From: a virus
Reading direction: 5' to 3' (one strand)
IMG/VR virus record: IMGVR_UViG_3300010373_000004
Coordinates: 19,777-83,776 of that record
Length of the DNA stretch: 64,000 nucleotides
The notes beneath the pieces are model-generated. The model searched no databases and was not told where the DNA came from. It was given only the letters and a program-made list of their open reading frames with translations. The translations under genes and the position numbers were made by a program. Below are positions 1 to 9,492 of this stretch, in pieces. Numbering within the stretch: position 1 is the stretch's first letter; each line of letters begins with the position of its first letter.

Positions 1-137
1 ACCGGATTTCCGTTAGCATCTGCTACTTGAACTTGTGCAACAGACATATCTGGAGTGAAATACTGTTCATTAGAAAGTGGAGTAGCATTGTTAGCTGTAA
101 TCCAATTTTGAAAGCCTAAGCCTAATGTAAGAGCCAT
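1..137 (-). CDS. Virion/structural protein, N-terminal part (runs off window start)
   Basis: ATG at 137 preceded by AGGA; open to the window edge (MALTLGLGFQNWITANN...); co-directional with the structural block. Confidence 0.55.
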   Translation of the reverse strand, partial: MALTLGLGFQNWITANNATPLSNEQYFTPDMSVAQVQVADANGNP

Positions 138-157
138 GTTAGTATCCTATCACTTTA

Positions 158-454
158 TTAGCCACCGTGCAATTTTGCTACTATTTCAAAAGTAGTGTAC
201 CCAAGGTTAACAAGAATTGCTATAGCTGGAAGAATCATTGTTTTTAAAGACAATGATCTCTTTTTATCACTCTTTAATTCATCAACATCAGTACGTAATT
301 CTTTAATATCTCTAGTAGCTTCTTCCTTAAAAGAAAGAAATCCTTGCTGAGCTTGTAGAATCAAATCTACTTTAGCTTCAACTTTAGCTACTAGCTCTTT
401 AACGGTATAACGAACAGTAGGTTGGTCGTCAGGACTAGCCATCATTTCCTGCAT
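158..454 (-). CDS. Coiled-coil protein with C-terminal TM helix (holin/XhlA-like)
   Basis: Heptad-rich N-terminus and hydrophobic C-terminal segment MILPAIAILVNLGY. Confidence 0.5.
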   Translation of the reverse strand: MQEMMASPDDQPTVRYTVKELVAKVEAKVDLILQAQQGFLSFKEEATRDIKELRTDVDELKSDKKRSLSLKTMILPAIAILVNLGYTTFEIVAKLHGG

Positions 455-695
455 CTTTTTCCTCGTCCCAAGTAATGTTCAAGCTGCCATCATTACCTAC
501 TAAAAGCATTAAACTTGGATTTGATTCAATTTTTTCATAGTCCTCTGCCGAAAGAATATCTTTTATGATATTTTCTTTTGTCCAAGCAGCAAGTTTAACT
601 TGCTCCTGTATAATTGTACTTTCGATGACTTGATTAGCAGCATCTTTTTTCATATTCCAGGCTAGCGTATGACCTGAATCTACTTTTACTTTCAT
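435..695 (-). CDS. Hypothetical protein
   Basis: 86 aa ORF translationally coupled to both neighbours. Confidence 0.6.
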   Translation of the reverse strand: MKVKVDSGHTLAWNMKKDAANQVIESTIIQEQVKLAAWTKENIIKDILSAEDYEKIESNPSLMLLVGNDGSLNITWDEEKDAGNDG

Positions 696-1255
696 TATAC
701 TGTTCCTTGAATCGTTGCTCTAGAACCTGCAACTAGATTTGTACTTAAATTAGTCTGTACCTTTATTGTATTTATGGCTGCCGTGCTTCGCCAGCTTGCA
801 CTGGTTAGACTTACAGCCATATTTGCCTGTGTAGTATCTGCGCAACCACTACTTCCTGTAACACCTTTATTAAGGGTAGTACTGGCATAATCGAGAAACA
901 TCGCACGACAAACACCAACAATACCGGATGCCGTACTAGTACCACATGAACCCCATTGAAACTGAATTACAGTATCCGATGGAACCACACCCGTGCCAGG
1001 TGCGCTACTACTTGTTGTATTGATACTCTGATATCCATAGTGCGAGGCTGTATCAGAGTTTATAATAACTTGTAAATTCTCATTAGTATGCGCTCCATCT
1101 CCTCTTAAAGAGGTTAGGAGTTCAGCATCTTTATAAGAACCACTTAAGGAGCTAAAAGTAATGTTTGCAACGGACGAACCTAACACGCTATCTGCTAAGT
1201 TCTGCATACCGACTCCACCACTAATCTGTGAAGTTTTTAATAGTGGTTGAGACAT
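695..1255 (-). CDS. Small beta-rich virion/fibre-associated protein (paralogue 2)
   Basis: Ser/Thr/Gly-rich; shares GGVGMQNLAD..LGSS..ITFSS and SWRSTAAI..IK with 1255..1809. Confidence 0.7.
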   Translation of the reverse strand: MSQPLLKTSQISGGVGMQNLADSVLGSSVANITFSSLSGSYKDAELLTSLRGDGAHTNENLQVIINSDTASHYGYQSINTTSSSAPGTGVVPSDTVIQFQWGSCGTSTASGIVGVCRAMFLDYASTTLNKGVTGSSGCADTTQANMAVSLTSASWRSTAAINTIKVQTNLSTNLVAGSRATIQGTV

Positions 1256-1809
1256 TAGTTTATTCCTTGAAGTGTGAATCTAGAACCTGTGACGAAATTT
1301 CCTCCGGCAATACTTTTGATTGCCGTGATAGCGGCGGTACTTCGCCAACTTCCAGCCACCGTTCTGGCATACGTATTAGTAGCGGTCGAATCAGCGTAGC
1401 CAACAGTTGACACGTAGCACTTCTCGGCCGTTGTCCCCGTGTAGTTGGGAATAAGAATATGAGCAACCCCGAACGTATTAGCTCTAGGAGCATTAGCGTC
1501 CGGGATAGTTGCCCATATGGCGAAGGACGTTTGCCCAAGGCTGTTTCCACCGACCGCCGATGCGTTGTTTCCCGCTACGTACTGCGTGTCGTAATTGGCG
1601 CCCGTATCGCTGTTGAATTGGCCTGACACATTTTCTGCGGTTGCTGCCTGATCGCCACGAGCATCAAGGATATACACCATATCCTTATACACTTGACTAA
1701 TAGATGAAAATGTAATAGAAGCTGCTGACGATCCTAAGGTAGTGTCCGCTAGGTTCTGCATACCGACACCACCGCTCACCTGAGAAACAGGAACTTGATT
1801 AACACTCAT
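1255..1809 (-). CDS. Small beta-rich virion/fibre-associated protein (paralogue 1)
   Basis: Paralogue of 695..1255; TAATG stop-start overlap. Confidence 0.7.
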   Translation of the reverse strand: MSVNQVPVSQVSGGVGMQNLADTTLGSSAASITFSSISQVYKDMVYILDARGDQAATAENVSGQFNSDTGANYDTQYVAGNNASAVGGNSLGQTSFAIWATIPDANAPRANTFGVAHILIPNYTGTTAEKCYVSTVGYADSTATNTYARTVAGSWRSTAAITAIKSIAGGNFVTGSRFTLQGIN

Positions 1810-1810
1810 A

Positions 1811-2371
1811 TTAAAGATACCTATTCAAACGTGCGGAAGCTAAGACTAAATCACGATCACTGGAATTAGAATCGCGCAAAATAGCCTTATCTCTTTCATC
1901 CTGCTCGTCTTGTAATTTCTTAGCCTCAGCAGCCTTATCCTCTGCCTCTTGTGCTAAACGTTTCTGCTCCATCGCAGCATCATGTTCCTCTTGTGTGTAC
2001 TCATGCCACACAACAAAAGCACGACCACTAGCACGACCACTACCATCACAATCATCACAACCATTATGTTGCACTAATTTACCGAAGATATGAGCACCTA
2101 ATAGTTTCGTAGTCCCTGGATAATCTGGATCAGGAACAATCTGTCCACCACCACAAGTAGGGCAGGGACCAGAAGCATCAATATCGATACCAACTAATCT
2201 ACCTGATGCAGAAGTATTACCTCCACAATCAGGACATGGAACGCCATCAGTAACTTTATCTAGACAATGTTCTAAGTGAGAGCAGTGGGCGGTGCCGTCA
2301 GCTTGAACAACACCGTGCCCACCACATGTCTGACAAAGATTGTAATGACTTGGATGAGGATTATGATACAT
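1811..2371 (-). CDS. Protein with DnaJ-type CxxCxGxG zinc-finger repeats and coiled-coil C-terminus
   Basis: CQTCGGHG, CPDCGG, CPTCGGG, CDDCDGSG motifs. Confidence 0.65.
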   Translation of the reverse strand: MYHNPHPSHYNLCQTCGGHGVVQADGTAHCSHLEHCLDKVTDGVPCPDCGGNTSASGRLVGIDIDASGPCPTCGGGQIVPDPDYPGTTKLLGAHIFGKLVQHNGCDDCDGSGRASGRAFVVWHEYTQEEHDAAMEQKRLAQEAEDKAAEAKKLQDEQDERDKAILRDSNSSDRDLVLASARLNRYL

Positions 2372-2372
2372 A

Positions 2373-4238
2373 TTAGACCGCCTTACTATATGCGTATATA
2401 ATTGCTATTCCAGCAGCGCCAGTGTTACCAACACCGTTACTACTATTAGGGCCTGTTGTGCCACCTTGACCACCACCACCAACACTAGGTAAACCACTTG
2501 CTGTTCCACCAGCACCCATTGAAGATGTACCGCCAGGACCGCCTCCGTAAATTCCACCGCTAGGCATGATAACTCCCGGTCCTCCAGCTTGGCCTGATAT
2601 TGTAATATCGCCTGTACTACTACCACCACTACCACCAACACCACCTGTAGCACCAAACGCCGGAGTGGAAACAGCAACACCTGAATTCCCTCCAGTGCCG
2701 CCTTTAGCTACACACGTTGTAGAATTAAATGTTGAATCATTACCATTATTTCCAGCAGCGCCTGCACTACCTGTAGTACCGCCAGCACCTACAACTACTG
2801 TATAATTGCCTGTCGGATTAGCAAACCACTTCTGCGCAAACGCACCGCCACCGCCACCACCGCCTGCTGCTCCTTGATTAGTGCTTGTAGCAGCAAATCC
2901 TCCACCAGCACCACCGCCGCCAATAAGTTGAATTAATAAAGCGTCCGCGCCTGCTGGAGTAGTATAAGTATTAGAACCTGATGTATATACTGTTGGAGCA
3001 CCAATTAACTTATAGTTTGATCCTAACTTACCACTAGCATCAGTAACAGGAATAGTATTAGCTGTAATAGACGGAGATAATGCTGTATTATACCCATTTA
3101 GAGAGGACGCATTGCCTGCGCCTGTGCCTTGCGAACCATAGCCAATAATTACATTTGTCACACCATCAAATGCCGACGTAAATGTAAGGACACTACCAGC
3201 AATCGTGTAATCTGTGCCTGCACGCTGAATCCCCGAACCTCTGGCAACAAATAAGACTGTGCCAGGAGTCTGTGATAACGTGACAGTTGTTGCAGTATTT
3301 GCTGGTGTATATTCCTCATGCTGGAACGTTACTGCACCGCTGAATGTACTAGAAGTAGTGTAGACGATAAAGATAGTATCGGTAGATAACGCCGTAGTAA
3401 ATGTGACTGTACTACCTACAACAGTTACATCTGTTCCAATCGCTAAACCAGAACCATTCTTTCCAACGTATAGTAACGTTACACCAGAATCATTTAATGT
3501 AACAGTAGTTCCTGTAACACTTGCATTATAGAAAGTTTTAAATACAGATACCCCACCCTGGCTACCCGCATTCGCTTGAAATGTTGGTAAACTACCTGGA
3601 CCATTATCAGTTAACACGTAACCTGCTGAAACAGGTTTAGCTATTGCTACTTGCGTAGCATTTGGACCTTGACCTAACAAAACACCAATAGGTATGTTGT
3701 AGTAACCTGTTCCACCGTATAAGGCAGACAGCGGTGTAGACAACAACAGTGTGTTAATGTTTGCTGTATTAAGAACAGAAAAAGTACGTGTTGCTACGTT
3801 TCCGTTAACAAATAATGAATTACCAATAGTAGCGGCTTCACTTATTGCAATAGTAGAAACATTAAGATTTGTAACACTTTCTGCATATGTAGAAATATTT
3901 TGTCCTACACTTACAGAAGATGAAACATTTAATGAAGAAGTAAAACTACCAGCAACACCAGAAAATGTATCTGTGCCGACTGAATAGGTAGATATTGAAT
4001 TTGCTGTTACAGTACCTAAATTAGATGTACCATAAGCAGAAATATTATCAAATGATCCATTTGTTGCATTTATAGTAGCAGCAACTAACGGTCCACCTAG
4101 CTGGAGAGATTGACCAATAAACTCAGTAGCAGATACTTCATATGAAGAAATGTTACCTGATATATTAACATTTCCTGTTTGTGTACCAGAAGGGTTTAAT
4201 AAAACCGCATTGGCAAAGAAAACACCACCGTGTCTCAT
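2373..4238 (-). CDS. Tail fibre / glycine-rich virion fibre protein
   Basis: Low-complexity beta repeats, internal duplicated GTDxTxxGSxxTFT module and a Gly-rich C-terminal domain (LIGGGGAGGG...GGGGGG). Confidence 0.75.
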   Translation of the reverse strand: MRHGGVFFANAVLLNPSGTQTGNVNISGNISSYEVSATEFIGQSLQLGGPLVAATINATNGSFDNISAYGTSNLGTVTANSISTYSVGTDTFSGVAGSFTSSLNVSSSVSVGQNISTYAESVTNLNVSTIAISEAATIGNSLFVNGNVATRTFSVLNTANINTLLLSTPLSALYGGTGYYNIPIGVLLGQGPNATQVAIAKPVSAGYVLTDNGPGSLPTFQANAGSQGGVSVFKTFYNASVTGTTVTLNDSGVTLLYVGKNGSGLAIGTDVTVVGSTVTFTTALSTDTIFIVYTTSSTFSGAVTFQHEEYTPANTATTVTLSQTPGTVLFVARGSGIQRAGTDYTIAGSVLTFTSAFDGVTNVIIGYGSQGTGAGNASSLNGYNTALSPSITANTIPVTDASGKLGSNYKLIGAPTVYTSGSNTYTTPAGADALLIQLIGGGGAGGGFAATSTNQGAAGGGGGGGAFAQKWFANPTGNYTVVVGAGGTTGSAGAAGNNGNDSTFNSTTCVAKGGTGGNSGVAVSTPAFGATGGVGGSGGSSTGDITISGQAGGPGVIMPSGGIYGGGPGGTSSMGAGGTASGLPSVGGGGQGGTTGPNSSNGVGNTGAAGIAIIYAYSKAV

Positions 4239-4697
4239 TTAAGACCACGCACGTACTACAACACTTGTTGGAGTAACACACCACAAATGTATCTTAGTTG
4301 TATTAACAGAAGTTATAATTTGAGCGCCAGCAGGTATCTGCGGAGAAGCAGAATTGCTGGAAGGAGTATCAGCAAATTCTACATATACAGGATTTGAATT
4401 TCTAGTATTGTCAATCAATACCTGATGTACTGTTGCACTAAATGTAATAGTCTGATCTGTAGATGGAGAATTTGTTGGAGAAGGTGTCTGATAACTATTT
4501 GCCAATGAAAACAAATTATAAAGATCGTTATCTTTTACACCTAATTCAGCAAAATATCCTGTACCATCATCAGAATCAACATTAGATACTGTATAGGTAT
4601 TATAAGGTCTTATTCCGTAGAATCTGGTGCCATCCTCGGCGCCAAATACTGGTAAGTTTGAAGCGTCCTTAATAAGGACGTATTTTCGTACTGGCAT
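4239..4697 (-). CDS. Hypothetical virion protein
   Basis: 152 aa ORF abutting the fibre gene. Confidence 0.6.
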   Translation of the reverse strand: MPVRKYVLIKDASNLPVFGAEDGTRFYGIRPYNTYTVSNVDSDDGTGYFAELGVKDNDLYNLFSLANSYQTPSPTNSPSTDQTITFSATVHQVLIDNTRNSNPVYVEFADTPSSNSASPQIPAGAQIITSVNTTKIHLWCVTPTSVVVRAWS

Positions 4698-4698
4698 G

Positions 4699-5034
4699 TT
4701 ATAAGTCCCTCACTAGGGTTGCACCAGGAAAATTTATCTGAGAAATTGCTGTAACTAAATTACTAATAGTATTTACATTATTACCTTCAACAGAAATACG
4801 ACCAGTATCATTAGTTGTTATCGTATTTGACGGTAGCAATGCAGAAAGGGCGTTGGCTGCCTGCATATTTGACGCATTTATAGTCAACGCCCCAAAGGGA
4901 TCAAGAGACACCTGAGCTAAGGAACCACTACCTGCTGGTATATTCCATGCTAGCTCAGATGCCAATGAAGAAGCCTGAAAGCCTGCTATGTAACCATTAT
5001 CTTCTAAATGATATCGTAAAGTTACAACACTCAT
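4699..5034 (-). CDS. Hypothetical virion protein
   Basis: 111 aa ORF in tight operon. Confidence 0.6.
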   Translation of the reverse strand: MSVVTLRYHLEDNGYIAGFQASSLASELAWNIPAGSGSLAQVSLDPFGALTINASNMQAANALSALLPSNTITTNDTGRISVEGNNVNTISNLVTAISQINFPGATLVRDL

Positions 5035-5041
5035 GCTTCAA

Positions 5042-6094
5042 TTATATCAATGTTTCAAAGAAATGTCGAATTTGTTTCGCTTCCCTTTCAAAATCAACAT
5101 ACATCTTATACCGTAGTTGTGTTTGCTTACAAAGATATTGATAGAACTCTGGATTTTCGGCACGTCGTATAAAGTCTACAATCCACTCAATATTGCGTCC
5201 ATCAAGATTACAGCCAGTTTCTTCATCTACTAATAAGTCTCTAGCCTGTCTATCTCTATAAGCTTCGTAACTTGCTATTACAGGACGACCACAAGCAAAC
5301 CAATTATGAATTATATGACCGTAACCATCTACTGTCTTATAATGCCATCCAAACCTAGAGTCGTGCATTATCTTAGCAATATTACTAATTCCCGTTATTT
5401 GAGGGTGGTCACAAGGCGGAGAGTACCCATAAGATACGAAATTATAGTCTGGAAGAAGTTGCTTAGCTGCTTCAAACAGATGATGCTGTTCTGGAAACAA
5501 AATCATAGAAGTTACATTCTTTGAATCTGTTGGTTCTCCAGGATAAAACACTTCTTCTTCGAATTTCTGGTGATATCTTAGATAGTTATACGCTCTACGT
5601 TGTTCATCCCTAATCATCCCAACCGAGTCAAGAATATTAGGATACTTCCCAATTTCAGGTAAAGACCATCCAGGATTGCCAATCTGATATATAAGTTTGG
5701 CTCTCGGCTGAAACGTATTGCGTAATCCATAGAATTTCTCTAAATCATAGGGTATTGTACAAATAATAACATCAAAGTCTGTATTGGCGAAAGTTTCGAA
5801 ACTAATAGCATATGTCCGACTTTCATGAGCAATATCGTTAGCAACAAACACAGAATCGGTACGTAGGCTTCCGTAATTAATAGAAGGAACAAGATCATGC
5901 ATTGGAACAGAATCGAATTCGAGAAACTGTCTAACAGTCTCAATAGCATTACCATACGGCTCTGCAATACCAAAATATCCATTATTAAACCAATCCATAC
6001 CTACAGGTCTGTATATTTCTGCTCCTAAATCATCCGCCATCAACTGGAGAGAATGATACAGACCGCCATGATGATAATCAGCAAATATCTTCAT
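5042..6094 (-). CDS. GT-B fold glycosyltransferase
   Basis: DGYGHIIHNWFACGRPVI resembles the GT-B nucleotide-sugar binding motif; LLVDEETG; start MKIFADYHH at 6094. Confidence 0.75.
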   Translation of the reverse strand: MKIFADYHHGGLYHSLQLMADDLGAEIYRPVGMDWFNNGYFGIAEPYGNAIETVRQFLEFDSVPMHDLVPSINYGSLRTDSVFVANDIAHESRTYAISFETFANTDFDVIICTIPYDLEKFYGLRNTFQPRAKLIYQIGNPGWSLPEIGKYPNILDSVGMIRDEQRRAYNYLRYHQKFEEEVFYPGEPTDSKNVTSMILFPEQHHLFEAAKQLLPDYNFVSYGYSPPCDHPQITGISNIAKIMHDSRFGWHYKTVDGYGHIIHNWFACGRPVIASYEAYRDRQARDLLVDEETGCNLDGRNIEWIVDFIRRAENPEFYQYLCKQTQLRYKMYVDFEREAKQIRHFFETLI

Positions 6095-6116
6095 TCCGCC
6101 AGACTCGCCCAATAAT

Positions 6117-7142
6117 TTAACCAAGAAGTTCTTTCCACAAAGGTTCAACTGCCTTTGGGCTAAAATGCTTCATTGCGAACTTTCTGTTGTCCTCTGAGAT
6201 AGTCTGCAACCAATCTGGATGCTCCAGAAGTCTCTTTAACATTTCAGCACCTTCTAAGTTATTGACCATAACTTCATCAGGTATCCAGTTACAAACATCG
6301 AACATTCCTTTAGGAACCCAATGTTCATGTCCCTTGCGCCACCAATCATCTGTAAAAGTAAGAATCGGTGTTCCTACCATCATAGCTTCAATTGGTACTA
6401 ATGTGTATGCAGCAGGGATAGTGCCAGAGTAAAGAAGAATCTCCGAATGAGCGAATCCCCACAGTAAACCACTGTATTCTGGACATTGAACCGCAATTCT
6501 ATCGGCCAATCCTTCATTTGAGGGACCAAATAGAACCCTATTCGGTATGTTAGCTTCTTCTGTAACAGCAAATAAATCATTGAATTTAAGCCAACTTCCT
6601 CTCTGCTCAGCACTTTGAGCGCAAAATGCTACGTCAAACATACAATCATCAGAATTCCATGTATAAGGAATGTCCTTATAGAACGGAATTATGCAGTCTG
6701 CACCAGCATTATTAGGCCATAGAAGTTCATTCTTAGAATACTTAACTATCTTCAATTGATCTCCGAGGACCAATTTCATATTGTTAAGTTGCTGTTCAAC
6801 TAGTTCAGAGCTTTGTCCAATGCTTCTAAAGACGACAGTACCGCCCCACTGCTTTAATTTCGCTAGTTGACCTTGAATCCAATCGGGCATATGCATAAAT
6901 ACAACTACGTCTGCCCAATCTAGGTGTTCTTGATGCAAATTATCTTGGTGGAATCTATTTGAAATGTCAATATGCTGTAGATTTTGCTCCATCGACATAA
7001 TAGGTGGTCTTTTAGGGTCTCCAGGACTGTGGGGATTCGTATACGACCCAATAGCTCGAACATTATACCCAGCTTCTGAAAGTAACTTACATTCATCATA
7101 TTCTAATATCGCATGACAACTTAAATATAAAACATTTTTCAT
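6117..7142 (-). CDS. GT-B fold glycosyltransferase (GT4-like)
   Basis: YTLVPIEAMMVGTPIL motif; C-terminal RKFAMKHFS...LWKELL helix typical of GT4. Confidence 0.8.
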   Translation of the reverse strand: MKNVLYLSCHAILEYDECKLLSEAGYNVRAIGSYTNPHSPGDPKRPPIMSMEQNLQHIDISNRFHQDNLHQEHLDWADVVVFMHMPDWIQGQLAKLKQWGGTVVFRSIGQSSELVEQQLNNMKLVLGDQLKIVKYSKNELLWPNNAGADCIIPFYKDIPYTWNSDDCMFDVAFCAQSAEQRGSWLKFNDLFAVTEEANIPNRVLFGPSNEGLADRIAVQCPEYSGLLWGFAHSEILLYSGTIPAAYTLVPIEAMMVGTPILTFTDDWWRKGHEHWVPKGMFDVCNWIPDEVMVNNLEGAEMLKRLLEHPDWLQTISEDNRKFAMKHFSPKAVEPLWKELLG

Positions 7143-7705
7143 CTAACTATACCTTTGAATATACCAACACACTGAACACCAATTTCTTCATTATAGACAA
7201 CAGAAACAGCTTTCGATTCTGTTACCTCTAACCAAGGCTGATGTACTCCATTTGGTGTTTCACAATAAAAATACTGTGTGCTGAAACTAAACTTATCTAA
7301 TAAAACACCATAAAAATCTATAAGATTTTCTAGCGTTATACATTTAAATCCAGTTCCTTCTCCTTTTCCTACAGGAAACGACACGTAAATAGCCTTATCA
7401 GAAAGGTCTATTGCAGCTTTAAGAATTTCTAACGGCTTGTCTACATGTTCAATAACAGATACGCATGTAACTAGATTATATTTACTGTAGAATTCATGCG
7501 CACAAACATCATCTTGAATAAACTTATCTATATAGACTACTTCATCACCAATAGGAAGTAAGTCTATACCTGTGTAAACACCATATTTTATCAGATGTTT
7601 AGCATAGAAAGCTGAATCATGACAACCTATGTCTAAAATATTGAACGGCAGCACCCTATGAACAAATTTAACTAATTCTGGTATTTCTATTGTTCTTTCA
7701 GACAT
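7139..7705 (-). CDS. Class I SAM-dependent methyltransferase
   Basis: ILDIGC motif I, YTGID, CVSVIEHV. Confidence 0.8.
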   Translation of the reverse strand: MSERTIEIPELVKFVHRVLPFNILDIGCHDSAFYAKHLIKYGVYTGIDLLPIGDEVVYIDKFIQDDVCAHEFYSKYNLVTCVSVIEHVDKPLEILKAAIDLSDKAIYVSFPVGKGEGTGFKCITLENLIDFYGVLLDKFSFSTQYFYCETPNGVHQPWLEVTESKAVSVVYNEEIGVQCVGIFKGIVR

Positions 7706-8204
7706 GAATATTAGCTGCAAAACTTTCTAGTTTCTTTATATCTTTGAGTTTTAAGCCTCTATGAGGGTTAGGTTGGATAAAAATCGTATTTAAACGGTCT
7801 GCAACCCAATCCTCAATATGCTGTCCACCCTTGTCATCCACTACAGCACAAGGTCTGTCACCAGCAAATCGCCTTATTTCGTCCAATTTCTCTGGTAACA
7901 TTTCATCATTCTTATAATCTTCGGGATTTCCGGGCAACGGAAGCTGTTTTAGTGCAGTCGGTAGACTAAATATGGGCGATAAATAGGTATCTTCTCGTCC
8001 GCGCCAGCCTTTAGAAGCCCATACAATCTCAAATATTTCCGATAATTCAGGTAATTTGTCAACAACTGACAAGTCATAGACGAACTTATGTCCATCAACC
8101 TTAGTTTTAACTCTAGATTTAAAGTGTTCACGCGGTTTTTGAAGGTTTAAAACACCATCTACGTCTAAAAACAGGAATGGTTTACCAGATTTTGAATCTG
8201 TCAT
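7698..8204 (-). CDS. HAD phosphatase (Swiss-Army-Knife RNA-repair-type HAD domain)
   Basis: FLDVDGVLN (DxD), IVWAS..W, VVDD. Confidence 0.75.
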   Translation of the reverse strand: MTDSKSGKPFLFLDVDGVLNLQKPREHFKSRVKTKVDGHKFVYDLSVVDKLPELSEIFEIVWASKGWRGREDTYLSPIFSLPTALKQLPLPGNPEDYKNDEMLPEKLDEIRRFAGDRPCAVVDDKGGQHIEDWVADRLNTIFIQPNPHRGLKLKDIKKLESFAANIHV

Positions 8205-8877
8205 TACGCTTTATCCACAAACTCTGCTGTCCATCCATTACGCAAGCCCAAAACTCTGATAAAAGATACTCTTTTGTAAGCTTACACTTGCCACCATAAG
8301 GTAAATCATTGTCATCTAACAATAAAACCTTAAACGGAGCCTTGTCATCGAATAACTGGAGAGCAATCTTGGCTTCACAAAGCTGATGTTTCTGCGATTC
8401 TTCTGTAGTTTCCTTGCCTTCGGGTACTCTTGGGTCACAATCCATAGAATCTAGATATATTCCAGTAAATCTAGTGTCATTTCCAGAAGGCAATGTCAGC
8501 ATATTTCCCAAAATAGCTAACGAATCACCGCAAATAGGCTTCCAATCAAAGTTTTCAGACCCATTTCTAAACACTAAATTCTTAACTGCATAATCCGCAC
8601 AAGCTAAATTCTGTGCAACTATGTCTACAGAAACTAAAGTACCGCCTGGTACATAGTTTTGCATGAAATCTGATATTACCCATGAAGAACAGCCGCCACC
8701 CCAATCATCAAAAAGACGCATGCACCCTGTTTCTAAGATTGAAACTGGAACACCAGGTAAACCTGCTGATACTAAGTTAAGAAAAGCCTTCATAGAAGCA
8801 GAGCGGCCGCTTAAATTAGCACCGAATTTCTGCTCCCAATCACTATGTACGTTTACAAAATCTGTTTTTATATTCAT
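8182..8877 (-). CDS. Class I SAM-dependent methyltransferase (Methyltransf_24-like)
   Basis: ILETGC, SVDI, IYLDSMD, LLLDD, GKC motifs. Confidence 0.75.
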   Translation of the reverse strand: MNIKTDFVNVHSDWEQKFGANLSGRSASMKAFLNLVSAGLPGVPVSILETGCMRLFDDWGGGCSSWVISDFMQNYVPGGTLVSVDIVAQNLACADYAVKNLVFRNGSENFDWKPICGDSLAILGNMLTLPSGNDTRFTGIYLDSMDCDPRVPEGKETTEESQKHQLCEAKIALQLFDDKAPFKVLLLDDNDLPYGGKCKLTKEYLLSEFWACVMDGQQSLWIKRNDRFKIW

Positions 8878-8897
8878 TTCTTTATCTCTTTGCTTAA

Positions 8898-9257
8898 TTA
8901 TTGGGCGTAATAACACCCAGCGACTTCTTTTGGTTGATTATCCATGGACCTTACAGTACAGACATAGACAATTGGACCGTCTTGGTCTGAGCCTGTAAGC
9001 TTAAAAGTTACGATTTCACTAGCGCCGACTTTAGTATCATCTAGTAATTCTGGATTTCCTAATGATAGATGGTACTGCTGAACCAATGCTTTAAATTGAG
9101 GATCAGCAACAACTAGATTTAGATCATCTTGGCTTGGTTGTAGGTTATGTGGAGAGGACGCAGTTCCATGTACTGTGTATCCTTCGTAAAAACCAAAACC
9201 TAAAGCACAACATGTGATGATAAGAAATCCAATTAGTAATTTAGTAAGACTTCGCAT
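8898..9257 (-). CDS. Membrane-anchored/secreted hypothetical protein
   Basis: N-terminal hydrophobic helix LLIGFLIITCCALGFGF. Confidence 0.55.
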   Translation of the reverse strand: MRSLTKLLIGFLIITCCALGFGFYEGYTVHGTASSPHNLQPSQDDLNLVVADPQFKALVQQYHLSLGNPELLDDTKVGASEIVTFKLTGSDQDGPIVYVCTVRSMDNQPKEVAGCYYAQ

Positions 9258-9492
9258 TGTTCAAATCCACGGTGTAATTCGTTGGTGTGACTGCTGTACT
9301 GTCTCCACCTTTGGCTACGAAGATCACGCCAGCCGTAGTCAGCATGGCCATCACAGCCCCTTGAAGTGCCCCAGCCCACACAGGAGCCCCTAGAGCAGCT
9401 ACAGGGCCAAGAGCCGTCAATCCTACGAAGGTTAGTAAGATAACTAACAAAACCCAAGGTGAAACAGGTATATGAAAATTAGCTACTTTCAT
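9241..9492 (-). CDS. Small two-TM membrane protein (holin-like)
   Basis: Two hydrophobic segments, 83 aa. Confidence 0.5.
   Translation of the reverse strand: MKVANFHIPVSPWVLLVILLTFVGLTALGPVAALGAPVWAGALQGAVMAMLTTAGVIFVAKGGDSTAVTPTNYTVDLNNAKSY

Noticed and set aside
695-1809. Diversity-generating retroelement template/variable repeat
   Set aside because: Differences between the paralogues are not adenine-specific and no reverse transcriptase is in the window
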